A stretch of DNA of 30,845 nucleotides from contig PFRK01000037.1 in assembly GCA_002788475.1 (NCBI GenBank), forward strand, positions 1 to 30,845, in the 5' to 3' direction. The notes beneath the pieces are model-generated. The model was not told where the DNA came from and did not search any database. It worked only from the letters and a program-made list of their open reading frames with translations. Positions 8,446 to 17,108 of this stretch are shown here, in pieces (positions within the stretch are counted from its first letter, which is position 1; each line of letters opens with the position of its first letter). This DNA comes from Candidatus Nomurabacteria bacterium CG_4_9_14_0_2_um_filter_32_10 (GTDB taxonomy: Bacteria; Patescibacteriota; Minisyncoccia; Phycocordibacterales; UBA9973). Both the position numbers and the translations under genes were made by a program.

Positions 8446-9690
8446 TTATCTCCAAGCTGGCTTTCTAGACAGAATAGTATTATAAATAGCTTTTAAAAGC
8501 CAAAAAGGACCAATAGCACTGAAAACTAGAAGAAAATAAATCATATTAAAAGAAAAATCCCATTTTCCATCAACCATTTTTTTACCCAAAGTTATTGATA
8601 AAATAATTAATGAAAATAATAAAATAGCAATAAAAGAAAGAGATTGAGTATTTATAAAAAATGGATCAAAAAAATCAATATTAGAATTAAAGTTAAAACC
8701 TATAGTTTTAAATTCTAAAATTTTAGTAAATAAAAAATTACCCAAAGTATAAATCATTTTCCCAAAAAGATAACTAACTGCAAAAACAGAAACAATACTG
8801 GAAGGAATAGTAAAAAGTGAGAAATTACCATATTTTTTTCTAAAAAGTATCCCTCGATAATCAATCGTATTATTTATAAAACCATAAATCCAACGTAATC
8901 TTTGTTTATATAATTTTGTAATAGTCCCGGGAGTACTAGTATAAACATAAGCATCATTGCATTGCTCTATTTTATAATGATTTTTTTGCATTCTGTAAGC
9001 AATCTCCATATCTTCTGTATTATGAGCATGCCGATATGGACCTAAATCATCAAAAACTTTCTTACGAAATATAGTAAGTGGTCCTGGTGTTACATGTATA
9101 GCCCCTAATAAACCAAGCATCTTTTTTATATAAACAGACATATTATATTCAGCTCTTTGTGCACCTTGAATAATATTTTTTGAACCATTAGCAACAATCG
9201 AAGGAGATACTGCCATAATATTTATATCCTTTTCAAAATAACTCATAATACGAACGAGAGATTCGGGATCTGCAATAGAATCAGCATCAAGGCAACCTAA
9301 ATAATCAGTCTCAATATTTTCAAGACCTAAATTAAGTGCAGTATATTTTCCTCCATTCTCTTTATGAAAAACTTTTATATTAGAATATTTAGAAAATCTT
9401 AAAATAGCTGCCCACGTATTATCAGTAGACCCATCATCTATTAAAAAAATTCTCAACTTGTCTTTAGGATAATTGAGATCAAGAAGAGAACGTACTGTTT
9501 TATATATAGTTTTCTCTTCATTCCAAGAAGGAACGATGATAGTCACTTTTGGATACTTGGTAAGTTTAGTAGGCCCATTTCTTATAATTATTTTCTTCCT
9601 ATTTTCAAGAAAAGTGATTAATAAAAACACCTGTACATAAACAGATAAAAAAGTTAATACATAAAAGACCACATTCGAAATTGAAGCCAT
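8446..9690 (-). CDS. Processive GT2 glycosyltransferase (PgaC/IcaA/cellulose-synthase-like)
   Basis: DDGSTD, CLDADS, TED and QRLRW motifs with flanking TM helices. Confidence 0.9.
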   Translation of the reverse strand: MASISNVVFYVLTFLSVYVQVFLLITFLENRKKIIIRNGPTKLTKYPKVTIIVPSWNEEKTIYKTVRSLLDLNYPKDKLRIFLIDDGSTDNTWAAILRFSKYSNIKVFHKENGGKYTALNLGLENIETDYLGCLDADSIADPESLVRIMSYFEKDINIMAVSPSIVANGSKNIIQGAQRAEYNMSVYIKKMLGLLGAIHVTPGPLTIFRKKVFDDLGPYRHAHNTEDMEIAYRMQKNHYKIEQCNDAYVYTSTPGTITKLYKQRLRWIYGFINNTIDYRGILFRKKYGNFSLFTIPSSIVSVFAVSYLFGKMIYTLGNFLFTKILEFKTIGFNFNSNIDFFDPFFINTQSLSFIAILLFSLIILSITLGKKMVDGKWDFSFNMIYFLLVFSAIGPFWLLKAIYNTILSRKPAWR

Positions 9691-9713
9691 ATATACACTA
9701 TATAATATAACAT

Positions 9714-9852
9714 TTTAAGATAAAAAGCAATAAAAAATACAAATTAGTGCTTTCTGCAACATACGCTTCTGAAAGTTAGTATATTGTTTCCAGGTTGATA
9801 TGTGAGTTGCAAGAAAGTACTTAATTTGTATTTTTTAATATTTTATCTTAAA
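9714..9852. repeat. Long hairpin E2 (30-bp inner stem with 2 bulges, 12-bp outer stem, 45-nt loop)
   Basis: 9731-9760 pairs with 9806-9837 and 9714-9725 pairs with 9841-9852. Loop boxes are identical to E1. Confidence 0.75.
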
Positions 9853-10143
9853 TTACATGTTTCCTCCTGTATTTACACTTGTATCTACAGAAGCATTAAC
9901 TTCACATTTACTACATTTACATTCAAAAATAAACATAATAGCTGCAACTCCTACCAATACATACACAATACCCTCAAGAACGGGTGAAAAACCTAAAACC
10001 ATATTGACAACATTCCAGCCTTCTACACTACCTAAAAACATACCTAAACCTATTAAACCCCAATTTATTCCTCCGATAATTACTAAAATTTTAGTAATCC
10101 AAGTTAATGCACAACTACCTTTACTACAACAACCTTTACACAT
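9853..10143 (-). CDS. DUF378 membrane protein with Cys-rich termini
   Basis: ILVIIGGINWGLIG and IVYVLVGVAA motifs. Confidence 0.85.
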   Translation of the reverse strand: MCKGCCSKGSCALTWITKILVIIGGINWGLIGLGMFLGSVEGWNVVNMVLGFSPVLEGIVYVLVGVAAIMFIFECKCSKCEVNASVDTSVNTGGNM

Positions 10144-10220
10144 AATATTTTATAAAATTAATTTATAATATTTCCCTTCTGAACGACGATTCAGTCGGAT
10201 AAATCTAATAATATATAATA

Positions 10221-10229
10221 ATTATATCA
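10221..10229 (-). promoter_or_regulatory. Extended -10 promoter (TGATATAAT) for the DUF378 gene
   Basis: Consensus TATAAT with a TGn extension, about 80 nt upstream of the ATG. Confidence 0.55.
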
Positions 10230-10261
10230 CATCCCAAAAAGTGCTTCAATAGAAATCAGTA

Positions 10262-11524
10262 TTAATCAAAGTAGTTTTTCAACCTTGCAATCTTTTCATG
10301 CTGGCGAAGTTTTTCATGAACTTTGGCTTCTATCTGACGGATACGTTCACGAGTCACTCCAAATTCTTCCCCTACTCTCTCTAAAGTATGCTGAATACCA
10401 TCAACCAATCCATAACGCATCTCAAGTATTTTACATTCTTTAGGATTAAGTTCATTTAAAACTTCACGAATTTGATCAGACAAAATTCTTCTAGAAGATT
10501 CTTGATCAGGACGTAAAATTTTGTCATCAGGAATGAAATTTTCAAGAGTTGATTTATCATCATCATCTCCTACTGGTTGTTCGAGAGAAATAGTTTCTTG
10601 ACTAATATTTTCAATCACATGAATTTTCTCAACAGGAATACCCATTTCTATGGCAATTTCTTCCGCCAATGGATCCCGACCCAAATCTTGACTAAGTTTT
10701 CTATATGTTTGTTTATATTTTGAAATAGTTTCAACCATATGTACTGGTATACGAATAGTTCTACTTTGATCGGCTAATGCGCGAGTAATAGATTGACGAA
10801 TCCACCAAGTAGCATAAGTAGAAAATTTATATCCTTTAGTCCAATCAAATTTTTCTACTGCTTTAAATAATCCCAAGTTCCCTTCTTGAATCAAATCCAA
10901 AAGACTAAGATTAGCACTCCTACCTACATATTTTTTAGCGATAGAAACAACCAAACGTAAATTAGCTCTAGCTAATAAATTTTTTGCTTCTACATCACCC
11001 AATTCTATTCGTTTTGCAAGATCTTTTTCATCAACTGCATGAATTAGTGCATATTGTCCTATTTCTTTTAAATACATTTGAATAGAATCATGTATAGTGG
11101 ATTTATTTAAATCTTTATCAGAAATATCATTATCTAAATTAAGTAAATTTCCACCTTCCAAAACATCTATCCCAGCAACTGCAAATTTCTCATAAAGTTC
11201 ATCTAAAAATAAAATATTATTTTCGATATTCGGAAAAGTTTTTAATATTTCATCATAAGTAATAAACCCTCTTTTACGTCCTTTCTCTATAAGTTTATTA
11301 GAAAGACGAGTAAATTCTTCCACTTTTTTCCCTCCTGTAACTAATTTTTTAACCTTTGTTTTTTTGACCTGCCTCCCCGCCAACCTCGCCGAGCCTAGGC
11401 GGGCTTTTTTTGATATTTTACGAGACTTCTTAGTTATTTTTTTAACTTTTTTAATTATTTTCTTAACCTTTTTCTTTTTTAAAATTTTCATTTTTTTCTT
11501 TAATTTTTTATTTTTTATTTTCAT
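10262..11524 (-). CDS. rpoD: RNA polymerase primary sigma factor
   Basis: Region 1.1-like [37 protein letters not shown] and [10 protein letters not shown]. Confidence 0.97.
   Translation of the reverse strand: MKIKNKKLKKKMKILKKKKVKKIIKKVKKITKKSRKISKKARLGSARLAGRQVKKTKVKKLVTGGKKVEEFTRLSNKLIEKGRKRGFITYDEILKTFPNIENNILFLDELYEKFAVAGIDVLEGGNLLNLDNDISDKDLNKSTIHDSIQMYLKEIGQYALIHAVDEKDLAKRIELGDVEAKNLLARANLRLVVSIAKKYVGRSANLSLLDLIQEGNLGLFKAVEKFDWTKGYKFSTYATWWIRQSITRALADQSRTIRIPVHMVETISKYKQTYRKLSQDLGRDPLAEEIAIEMGIPVEKIHVIENISQETISLEQPVGDDDDKSTLENFIPDDKILRPDQESSRRILSDQIREVLNELNPKECKILEMRYGLVDGIQHTLERVGEEFGVTRERIRQIEAKVHEKLRQHEKIARLKNYFD
11368..11403. repeat. 36-bp in-frame GC-rich insert in rpoD (peptide [13 protein letters not shown])
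   Basis: Ends are CCCGCC...GGCAGG on the coding strand; removing it restores KK-V-KK. Confidence 0.8.
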
Positions 11525-11588
11525 CCCATTAAAAATTTTAATAATAATTTTTTTGTTTTCTGCCCGTTAGCTAAATTTTTAACGGGAT
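11523..11588. repeat. Three-half-site CCCGTT/AACGGG element at the dnaG-rpoD junction
   Basis: 11523-11538 and 11573-11588 form a 16-bp inverted repeat with 1 mismatch; local hairpin 11563-11569/11580-11586. Confidence 0.65.
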
Positions 11589-11596
11589 AAATATTT

Positions 11597-13429
11597 TTAT
11601 TTCTTAAAACGATTATTTTTAATATTTTCCTTTCTTTTATTTATTTCGTTTATTTTTTTCAAAATTTCTATTTCTTCTTTCTTTCCTTTTAAATTTTGTA
11701 AATCCATCATTTTTTCCGCTAATTCTTCATTTAAATATTCCTCTTCTACATTCAGTAACATTTCATTTATATCTTTATCTAAGTTTTCATTATTTGAATA
11801 AAATTCTTCTGCCTCATAAATTAAATCTTCCTTAATATTTTTATAAATTTCTTTTGCTTTATTTAATTTTTTAAAGATTAACTCTGGGTCTATAATTCTA
11901 TTTTTTATACCTGTCTGTCCGATAGGAAGGCTCTCTTGCCAAAAAGCTATCCCTAAAAGTCTACGTTCAATAGGATCTTTCCTCATTTTTTTCCCTATAT
12001 TCTCTTTAGCAATTTTTGTTTCTTCAGTTTCAGATTTTAACTCCGATTCAACTTTTTTCAGATCTTCTATCAAAGCATCTTCAGCTATACCTGATTTATT
12101 ACTAATAAGTTTAATAAAATATGATTTTTCAATTGAACTTTCAATTGAATCAACATATGGTAATATTCTTTCTTTTATTTCTCTTCCTACTAATCTCGCT
12201 GAATCTAAACGATTTTTATGTGTATCTTCTTTATTATTATTTAAAATTTTATCTAAAATAAATTCTATTATATGTTTTGAATTGCGAATCGCTGCATGCC
12301 ATGCATCCACTCCCTGCCTACCGGCAGGCAGGCATTTTCCAGAAATTAAATCTGCTGGATCAACACCTTCTGGTAAAGAGACAACCTTTACATCCATTCC
12401 AAAAGAAAGAGCGATTTTGCCAGCTCGTGTTGATGCATTAAATCCTGCTCGATCAGCATCAAAAGCAAGAACTATATTAGTGGATAAACGACGTAATAAT
12501 CCTAAATTTGAAATAACATTTTCTTTGGAAACCGTAGAGTCTGAAAGTGCTGTACCTGAAGTAGCAACAGTATTTCTGAAACCAGCCTGATGAGATAAAA
12601 CTAAATCCATCTGTCCTTCAACTAAAATAGAAAAATTATTCTTACGAATAGAATCCTTCGCTTTATCTAATCCATAAAGAATTGCAGACTTACTAAAAAT
12701 TGGAGTATCAGGACTATTTAAATACTTGGCTTGTTCATATTTGAAATCTTCTCCACCAGAGGCGGATCCGCCTTCGGCGGAAAAAATCCTACCAGAAAAA
12801 GCAGTAATGCGACCACTCGAATCTGAAATTGGAAACATAATTCTACCTCGAAACCTATCATACATTCCCTTCTCAGTTTTTTTAGTTAGACCAGCAAGTT
12901 CAATCTCTTTATCAGAAAAACCATTTTTTTGAAGATAATTATATAATTCACGCCAATCATTTTTTACAAATCCAATCCTAAAATCTTTAATTGTTTTATC
13001 TTCTAAACCCCTTCCTTTCAAATAAAGAAGTACCTCTTTACTTCCTACTAAATTCTTTTCAAAGAATTTAGTAGATTCTTCCATAACTCTATACAATCTT
13101 TCTTTTTCACCTTCTTTTTCTCTACTAAATCCTGCAAGCGAAATTCCTGCTCTTTCAGATAAAATTTTTAATGCACCTTTAAAATCAAGCCCCTCAAATT
13201 CTTCTATAAAAGTAAAAATATCACCTTTAGCCCCACAACCAAAACAATAATAACTAGCACGATCTGGAGACACAAAAAAAGACGGAGTTTTTTCGTTATG
13301 AAAAGGGCATTTGGCTTTGAAGTTTGTACCTACCCGATCTAATTTTATGTAGGAAGAGACTATTTCTTCAATTGAAAGCCTCTCCTTAATTTGTTGAACC
13401 GGAGAGTTCGTCCCGTTAGAGATTTTCAT
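11597..13429 (-). CDS. dnaG: DNA primase
   Basis: CPFHNEKTPSF...YCFGC zinc-binding domain, FRGRIMFPI, KYLNSP, VEGQMD and AFDADRAG Toprim motifs. Confidence 0.97.
   Translation of the reverse strand: MKISNGTNSPVQQIKERLSIEEIVSSYIKLDRVGTNFKAKCPFHNEKTPSFFVSPDRASYYCFGCGAKGDIFTFIEEFEGLDFKGALKILSERAGISLAGFSREKEGEKERLYRVMEESTKFFEKNLVGSKEVLLYLKGRGLEDKTIKDFRIGFVKNDWRELYNYLQKNGFSDKEIELAGLTKKTEKGMYDRFRGRIMFPISDSSGRITAFSGRIFSAEGGSASGGEDFKYEQAKYLNSPDTPIFSKSAILYGLDKAKDSIRKNNFSILVEGQMDLVLSHQAGFRNTVATSGTALSDSTVSKENVISNLGLLRRLSTNIVLAFDADRAGFNASTRAGKIALSFGMDVKVVSLPEGVDPADLISGKCLPAGRQGVDAWHAAIRNSKHIIEFILDKILNNNKEDTHKNRLDSARLVGREIKERILPYVDSIESSIEKSYFIKLISNKSGIAEDALIEDLKKVESELKSETEETKIAKENIGKKMRKDPIERRLLGIAFWQESLPIGQTGIKNRIIDPELIFKKLNKAKEIYKNIKEDLIYEAEEFYSNNENLDKDINEMLLNVEEEYLNEELAEKMMDLQNLKGKKEEIEILKKINEINKRKENIKNNRFKK
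11910..11930. repeat. 21-bp degenerate CCTGCC/GGCAGG-family insert in dnaG (LPIGQTG)
   Basis: cctgtctgtccgataggaagg; removing it gives the in-frame WQES-IKN. Confidence 0.55.
12182..12211. repeat. Eroded copy of the rpoD insert in dnaG (RLDSARLVGR)
   Basis: 19/30 nt identical to 11372-11401; all 11 differences are transitions. Confidence 0.6.
12313..12332. repeat. 20-bp palindrome within a 7-codon insert in dnaG (CLPAGRQ)
   Basis: cctgcct-a-ccgg-c-aggcagg, one mismatch. Confidence 0.85.
12752..12781. repeat. Family A 30-bp insert in dnaG (SAEGGSASGG)
   Basis: tccaccagaggcggatccgccttcggcgga. Confidence 0.95.
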
Positions 13430-13488
13430 AAATAATTATATTTGATAAAATTTATAAAGAGTCTAGAGTCCTGTTATCTCTAACGGGA
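13411..13488. repeat. Three-half-site CCCGTTAG/CTAACGGG element at the rpoC-dnaG junction
   Basis: 13411-13423 and 13476-13488 form a perfect 13-bp inverted repeat; local hairpin 13469-13476/13481-13488. It supplies the ISNG residues at the DnaG N-terminus. Confidence 0.7.
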
Positions 13489-13499
13489 TTCATAAAATT

Positions 13500-16400
13500 T
13501 TATTCCTCCTCTGGCAAAATTACTCTACTTTTAAATCCAGTTCCAGCTGGAATTAATCGGCCAATTATGACATTTTCTTTTAAACCTCTTAAAGAATCAA
13601 TTCCGCCTTTAATTGCATTTTCTATGAGAACACGATTAGTATTTTGGAATGATGCTGCAGAAAGCCAACTCTTGGTACGAAGAGATACTTCAGTAATACC
13701 AAGTACTATCGTTTCCGCTTTTGCCTCCTGTTGATTTAACTTAACAATTCTAATATTCTCTTCGATAAATGCTGTATTCTCAACAATATCACCAATAGAA
13801 AAATTAGTCTCTCCCGCATCTTTTATTTTTCTTCGTGAAAACATTTGACGAATAATTATTTCAGTATGTTTTCTTGAGATTGAAGCACTTTGAAGTTCAT
13901 AAACTTTATTTATTTCTCTAATTATATATTCTTCAACTAACTCCTTTCCTCCAAACTTATATATCTCAGCAATATCTGCTGATCCATCAGTCAAAAGTTC
14001 TCCTTTTCTTATTTTTTGACCTACTTTTACTATTGGTGTCCTACGGAACAAAACAGCATATTCGATTTCATTTGATTTTCCGTCAACTTTACTATCAGAT
14101 AGTACTTTAATTATTTTTTCTTTTCCATCTTTATCTTTTATCTCATATATCTCTCCATCAGTTTCTGAAACTACTGCTGGATTTTTAGGAATTCTTCTTT
14201 CAAAAATTTCTTCAATACGAGGCAACCCTGTGGTTATATCAGTACCTGCGACACCTCCAGCATGGAATGTACGCAATGTAAGCTGAGTACCTGGTTCTCC
14301 GATAGCTTGAGCTGCAATAATACCAACAGCTTCTCCTAAATCAACAAGATGATTTCGTCCTAAGTCTAACCCATAACACATTTGACAAAGACCATGAATA
14401 GTACGACATGTAAGTGGAGAACGAACAAAAACTTCTTCAAAACCAGCTCCTTCAATATTATAGGCCTCTTCTTTGGTAATTAAGAATCCTTTTTTATAAA
14501 TTACTTTTCCATCTTTATCTTTCAAATCACCTGCTAACACACGTCCACGAATATTTTTTGAGAGTGGAATTTCAATCCCAGAAATATTTTCTCTAGTTAC
14601 TATCTTCCCATTTTTTGTTCCACAATCTTCTTCAGTTATAACTACATCTTGAGCAACGTCAACTAAACGACGTGTAAGATATCCCGCTTTTGCAGTATTC
14701 AATGCTGTATCAGATGCTCCTTTACGAGCACCATGAGTAGTAACAAAATATTCAATCGGAGAAAGTCCTTCAAGATAAGAAGGTATAATAGGAAATTCTA
14801 AAACACTACCTTGGTTATTTTGGATGAGACCTTTCATTCCATTCATCTGAAGTAAACTTGTCATACTACCTCTAGCTCCAGATATAAATAAATCATAGGT
14901 AGAACCATTTTTATCCAAACTATTAGGTAAAACTTTTTCTAATTCTTTTTTAGCATATGTCCAAACTTCAATAATTTTTTGATACCTTTCCTCTTCAGAA
15001 AAAAGACCTTCATTCCATTCTGTTATTATTTTTTCTTCTAACTTTCTCCCTTCTGCTATAATTTTTTCTTTTTCAACAGGTACTTTTACATTATCTAATC
15101 CCCAAGTCGTACCAGAAAATGTCGAATATTTGAAACCAAAACTCTTTATTTTATCTAGAATAGGAGGAGTATCATCCACACCGTAATGCATAATAAGTTC
15201 ATCAACAAGAGAAGATATTCTTTTTTGAGTCATTTCATCACCTACATAGAAAAAATCATTTGGTAAAATACTATTAAAAAGAAGTTTACCAACTGAAGTA
15301 TCAAAAAATTCTCCACCAAATTTTTTATATTTGTGAGTATCTGTCGCCATAACTTTTATTTTAGCTCGGAGAGATACAGCTCCATATTCATAAGCAGTTA
15401 TAGCAGTATTAGGACTTGAAAAATATTTACCCTCACCAAATTCACCATCAACAGATTTCGTCATCCAATAAGATCCAAGAACAACATCTTTACTAGGATG
15501 AACTATCGGATCACCATTTTGTGGTTTAAGTAAATTTTTATTCGCAGCCATTAATTCTCTAGCTTCAGCTTGAGATTCTTTCAAAAGAGGAACATAAACC
15601 GCCATTTGGTCTCCATCAAAGTCAGCATTAAAAGCCTGACAAACGAGTGGATGTACTTGAATAGCATTTCCTTCAATAAGAATAGGATTAAAAGCTTGAA
15701 TACCTAATCTGTGAAGTGTCGGCGCACGATTTAAGAGAACATATTTTCCTTCAATCACTTCTTCCAACATTGCCCAAACTTCCGGTGTACGTTCTTCTAT
15801 AAGTTTATTTGCTCCACGGATATTAAATGCAAGTTCTGCTTGTAAAATCTTAGAAATTACAAATGGTCTAAAAAGTTCCAATGCCATATGTTTTGGCAAT
15901 CCACATTGATTGAGATTAAGTTCTGGACCAACAACGATAACACTACGACCTGAATAATCTACACGTTTACCAAGTAAATTTTGACGAAATAAACCTTGTT
16001 TAGATTTTAAATTATCAGATAGAGACTTTAAGGGACGTTTTTGAGATTGACTCATCGCAGCACTATCATTTTGTTTTGCAATTGAATTGTCTATAAGTGC
16101 ATCTACTGCTTCTTGAATAATCCTTTTTTCATTTCGCAAAATTACATCTGGTGCGTTTATTTCCTTTAATTTTTTCAAACGATTATTTCTATTTATTACT
16201 CGACGATAAAGATCATTTAAGTCTGATGTCGCATGACGTCCTCCATCAAGAGCAACCATAGGTCGCAATACTGGAGGGATGACTGGAATAACAGTTAGAA
16301 ACATCCACTCTGGTCGAATCCCAGCATAAGTCATAGCACGAATAAGTGAAAGCCTTTTTTGTAATTTTTCTTTTTCAACCATACTTGTTTTTTCAATCAT

Positions 16401-17108
16401 CTTTTCAGTAAGAATTTTTAATTTATTTAAATCAATATTCTTAAAGATAGAATAAATAGCTTCAGCGCCAATATTTGCTTCAAAACAAGTACCATATTTT
16501 AAGGAATAATGGTGAAAAGAAATTTCATTTAAAACTTTTCCTTCATAAATTTCCAAAATTTCTTTTTTAGTACTAGAAAATAAATTTTTTAATTTTTCAC
16601 GAGTGTCATCATCAGCTGAATTTTTTAATTTACTTTTATATTCTTTTTCTAAATTTTGAATAATTATTTCTTTTTCATCTTCGTGAACTTTAACTATTAT
16701 ATATCCAGCAAAATATATTACCTTTTCGAGATCAGATACAGAAATATTCAAAAGAATACTCATACGAGAAGGTACTCCTCTTAAAAACCAAATATGAGCA
16801 ACGGGTGTCGAAAGTTCAATGTGTCCCATTCTTTCTCTTCTCACAATAGAACGAGTAACTTCTACTCCACATTTTTCACAGATAATATCTTTATAACGAA
16901 TCCGACGATATTTTCCACAATAACATTCATAGTCTTTTTCTGGTCCAAATATCTTTTCATCAAAAAGACCACCACGTTCAGATCTACCTGTACGATAATT
17001 TATCGTTTCAGGTTTAGTGACTTCTCCATAAGACCAATCCTTTATTTGTTCAGGTGATGCCAGCTTGAGCGAAATGTAATCAAAATCTGTTTTATTTAAA
17101 GTTTTCAT
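13500..17108 (-). CDS. rpoC: RNA polymerase beta' subunit
   Basis: Zinc finger CYCGKY...CEKCG, NADFDGDQMA active-site motif, GEPGTQLTLRTFH. Confidence 0.99.
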   Translation of the reverse strand: MKTLNKTDFDYISLKLASPEQIKDWSYGEVTKPETINYRTGRSERGGLFDEKIFGPEKDYECYCGKYRRIRYKDIICEKCGVEVTRSIVRRERMGHIELSTPVAHIWFLRGVPSRMSILLNISVSDLEKVIYFAGYIIVKVHEDEKEIIIQNLEKEYKSKLKNSADDDTREKLKNLFSSTKKEILEIYEGKVLNEISFHHYSLKYGTCFEANIGAEAIYSIFKNIDLNKLKILTEKMIEKTSMVEKEKLQKRLSLIRAMTYAGIRPEWMFLTVIPVIPPVLRPMVALDGGRHATSDLNDLYRRVINRNNRLKKLKEINAPDVILRNEKRIIQEAVDALIDNSIAKQNDSAAMSQSQKRPLKSLSDNLKSKQGLFRQNLLGKRVDYSGRSVIVVGPELNLNQCGLPKHMALELFRPFVISKILQAELAFNIRGANKLIEERTPEVWAMLEEVIEGKYVLLNRAPTLHRLGIQAFNPILIEGNAIQVHPLVCQAFNADFDGDQMAVYVPLLKESQAEARELMAANKNLLKPQNGDPIVHPSKDVVLGSYWMTKSVDGEFGEGKYFSSPNTAITAYEYGAVSLRAKIKVMATDTHKYKKFGGEFFDTSVGKLLFNSILPNDFFYVGDEMTQKRISSLVDELIMHYGVDDTPPILDKIKSFGFKYSTFSGTTWGLDNVKVPVEKEKIIAEGRKLEEKIITEWNEGLFSEEERYQKIIEVWTYAKKELEKVLPNSLDKNGSTYDLFISGARGSMTSLLQMNGMKGLIQNNQGSVLEFPIIPSYLEGLSPIEYFVTTHGARKGASDTALNTAKAGYLTRRLVDVAQDVVITEEDCGTKNGKIVTRENISGIEIPLSKNIRGRVLAGDLKDKDGKVIYKKGFLITKEEAYNIEGAGFEEVFVRSPLTCRTIHGLCQMCYGLDLGRNHLVDLGEAVGIIAAQAIGEPGTQLTLRTFHAGGVAGTDITTGLPRIEEIFERRIPKNPAVVSETDGEIYEIKDKDGKEKIIKVLSDSKVDGKSNEIEYAVLFRRTPIVKVGQKIRKGELLTDGSADIAEIYKFGGKELVEEYIIREINKVYELQSASISRKHTEIIIRQMFSRRKIKDAGETNFSIGDIVENTAFIEENIRIVKLNQQEAKAETIVLGITEVSLRTKSWLSAASFQNTNRVLIENAIKGGIDSLRGLKENVIIGRLIPAGTGFKSRVILPEEE

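Noticed and set aside
7621-9852. E1/E2 as integron attC sites or a pistol-type ribozyme
   Set aside because: The RYYYAAC/GTTRRRY R-box is absent from the stem base (E2 has no outer GTT), and only a short CAGGT...GCAA resemblance to pistol exists, without its other conserved elements.
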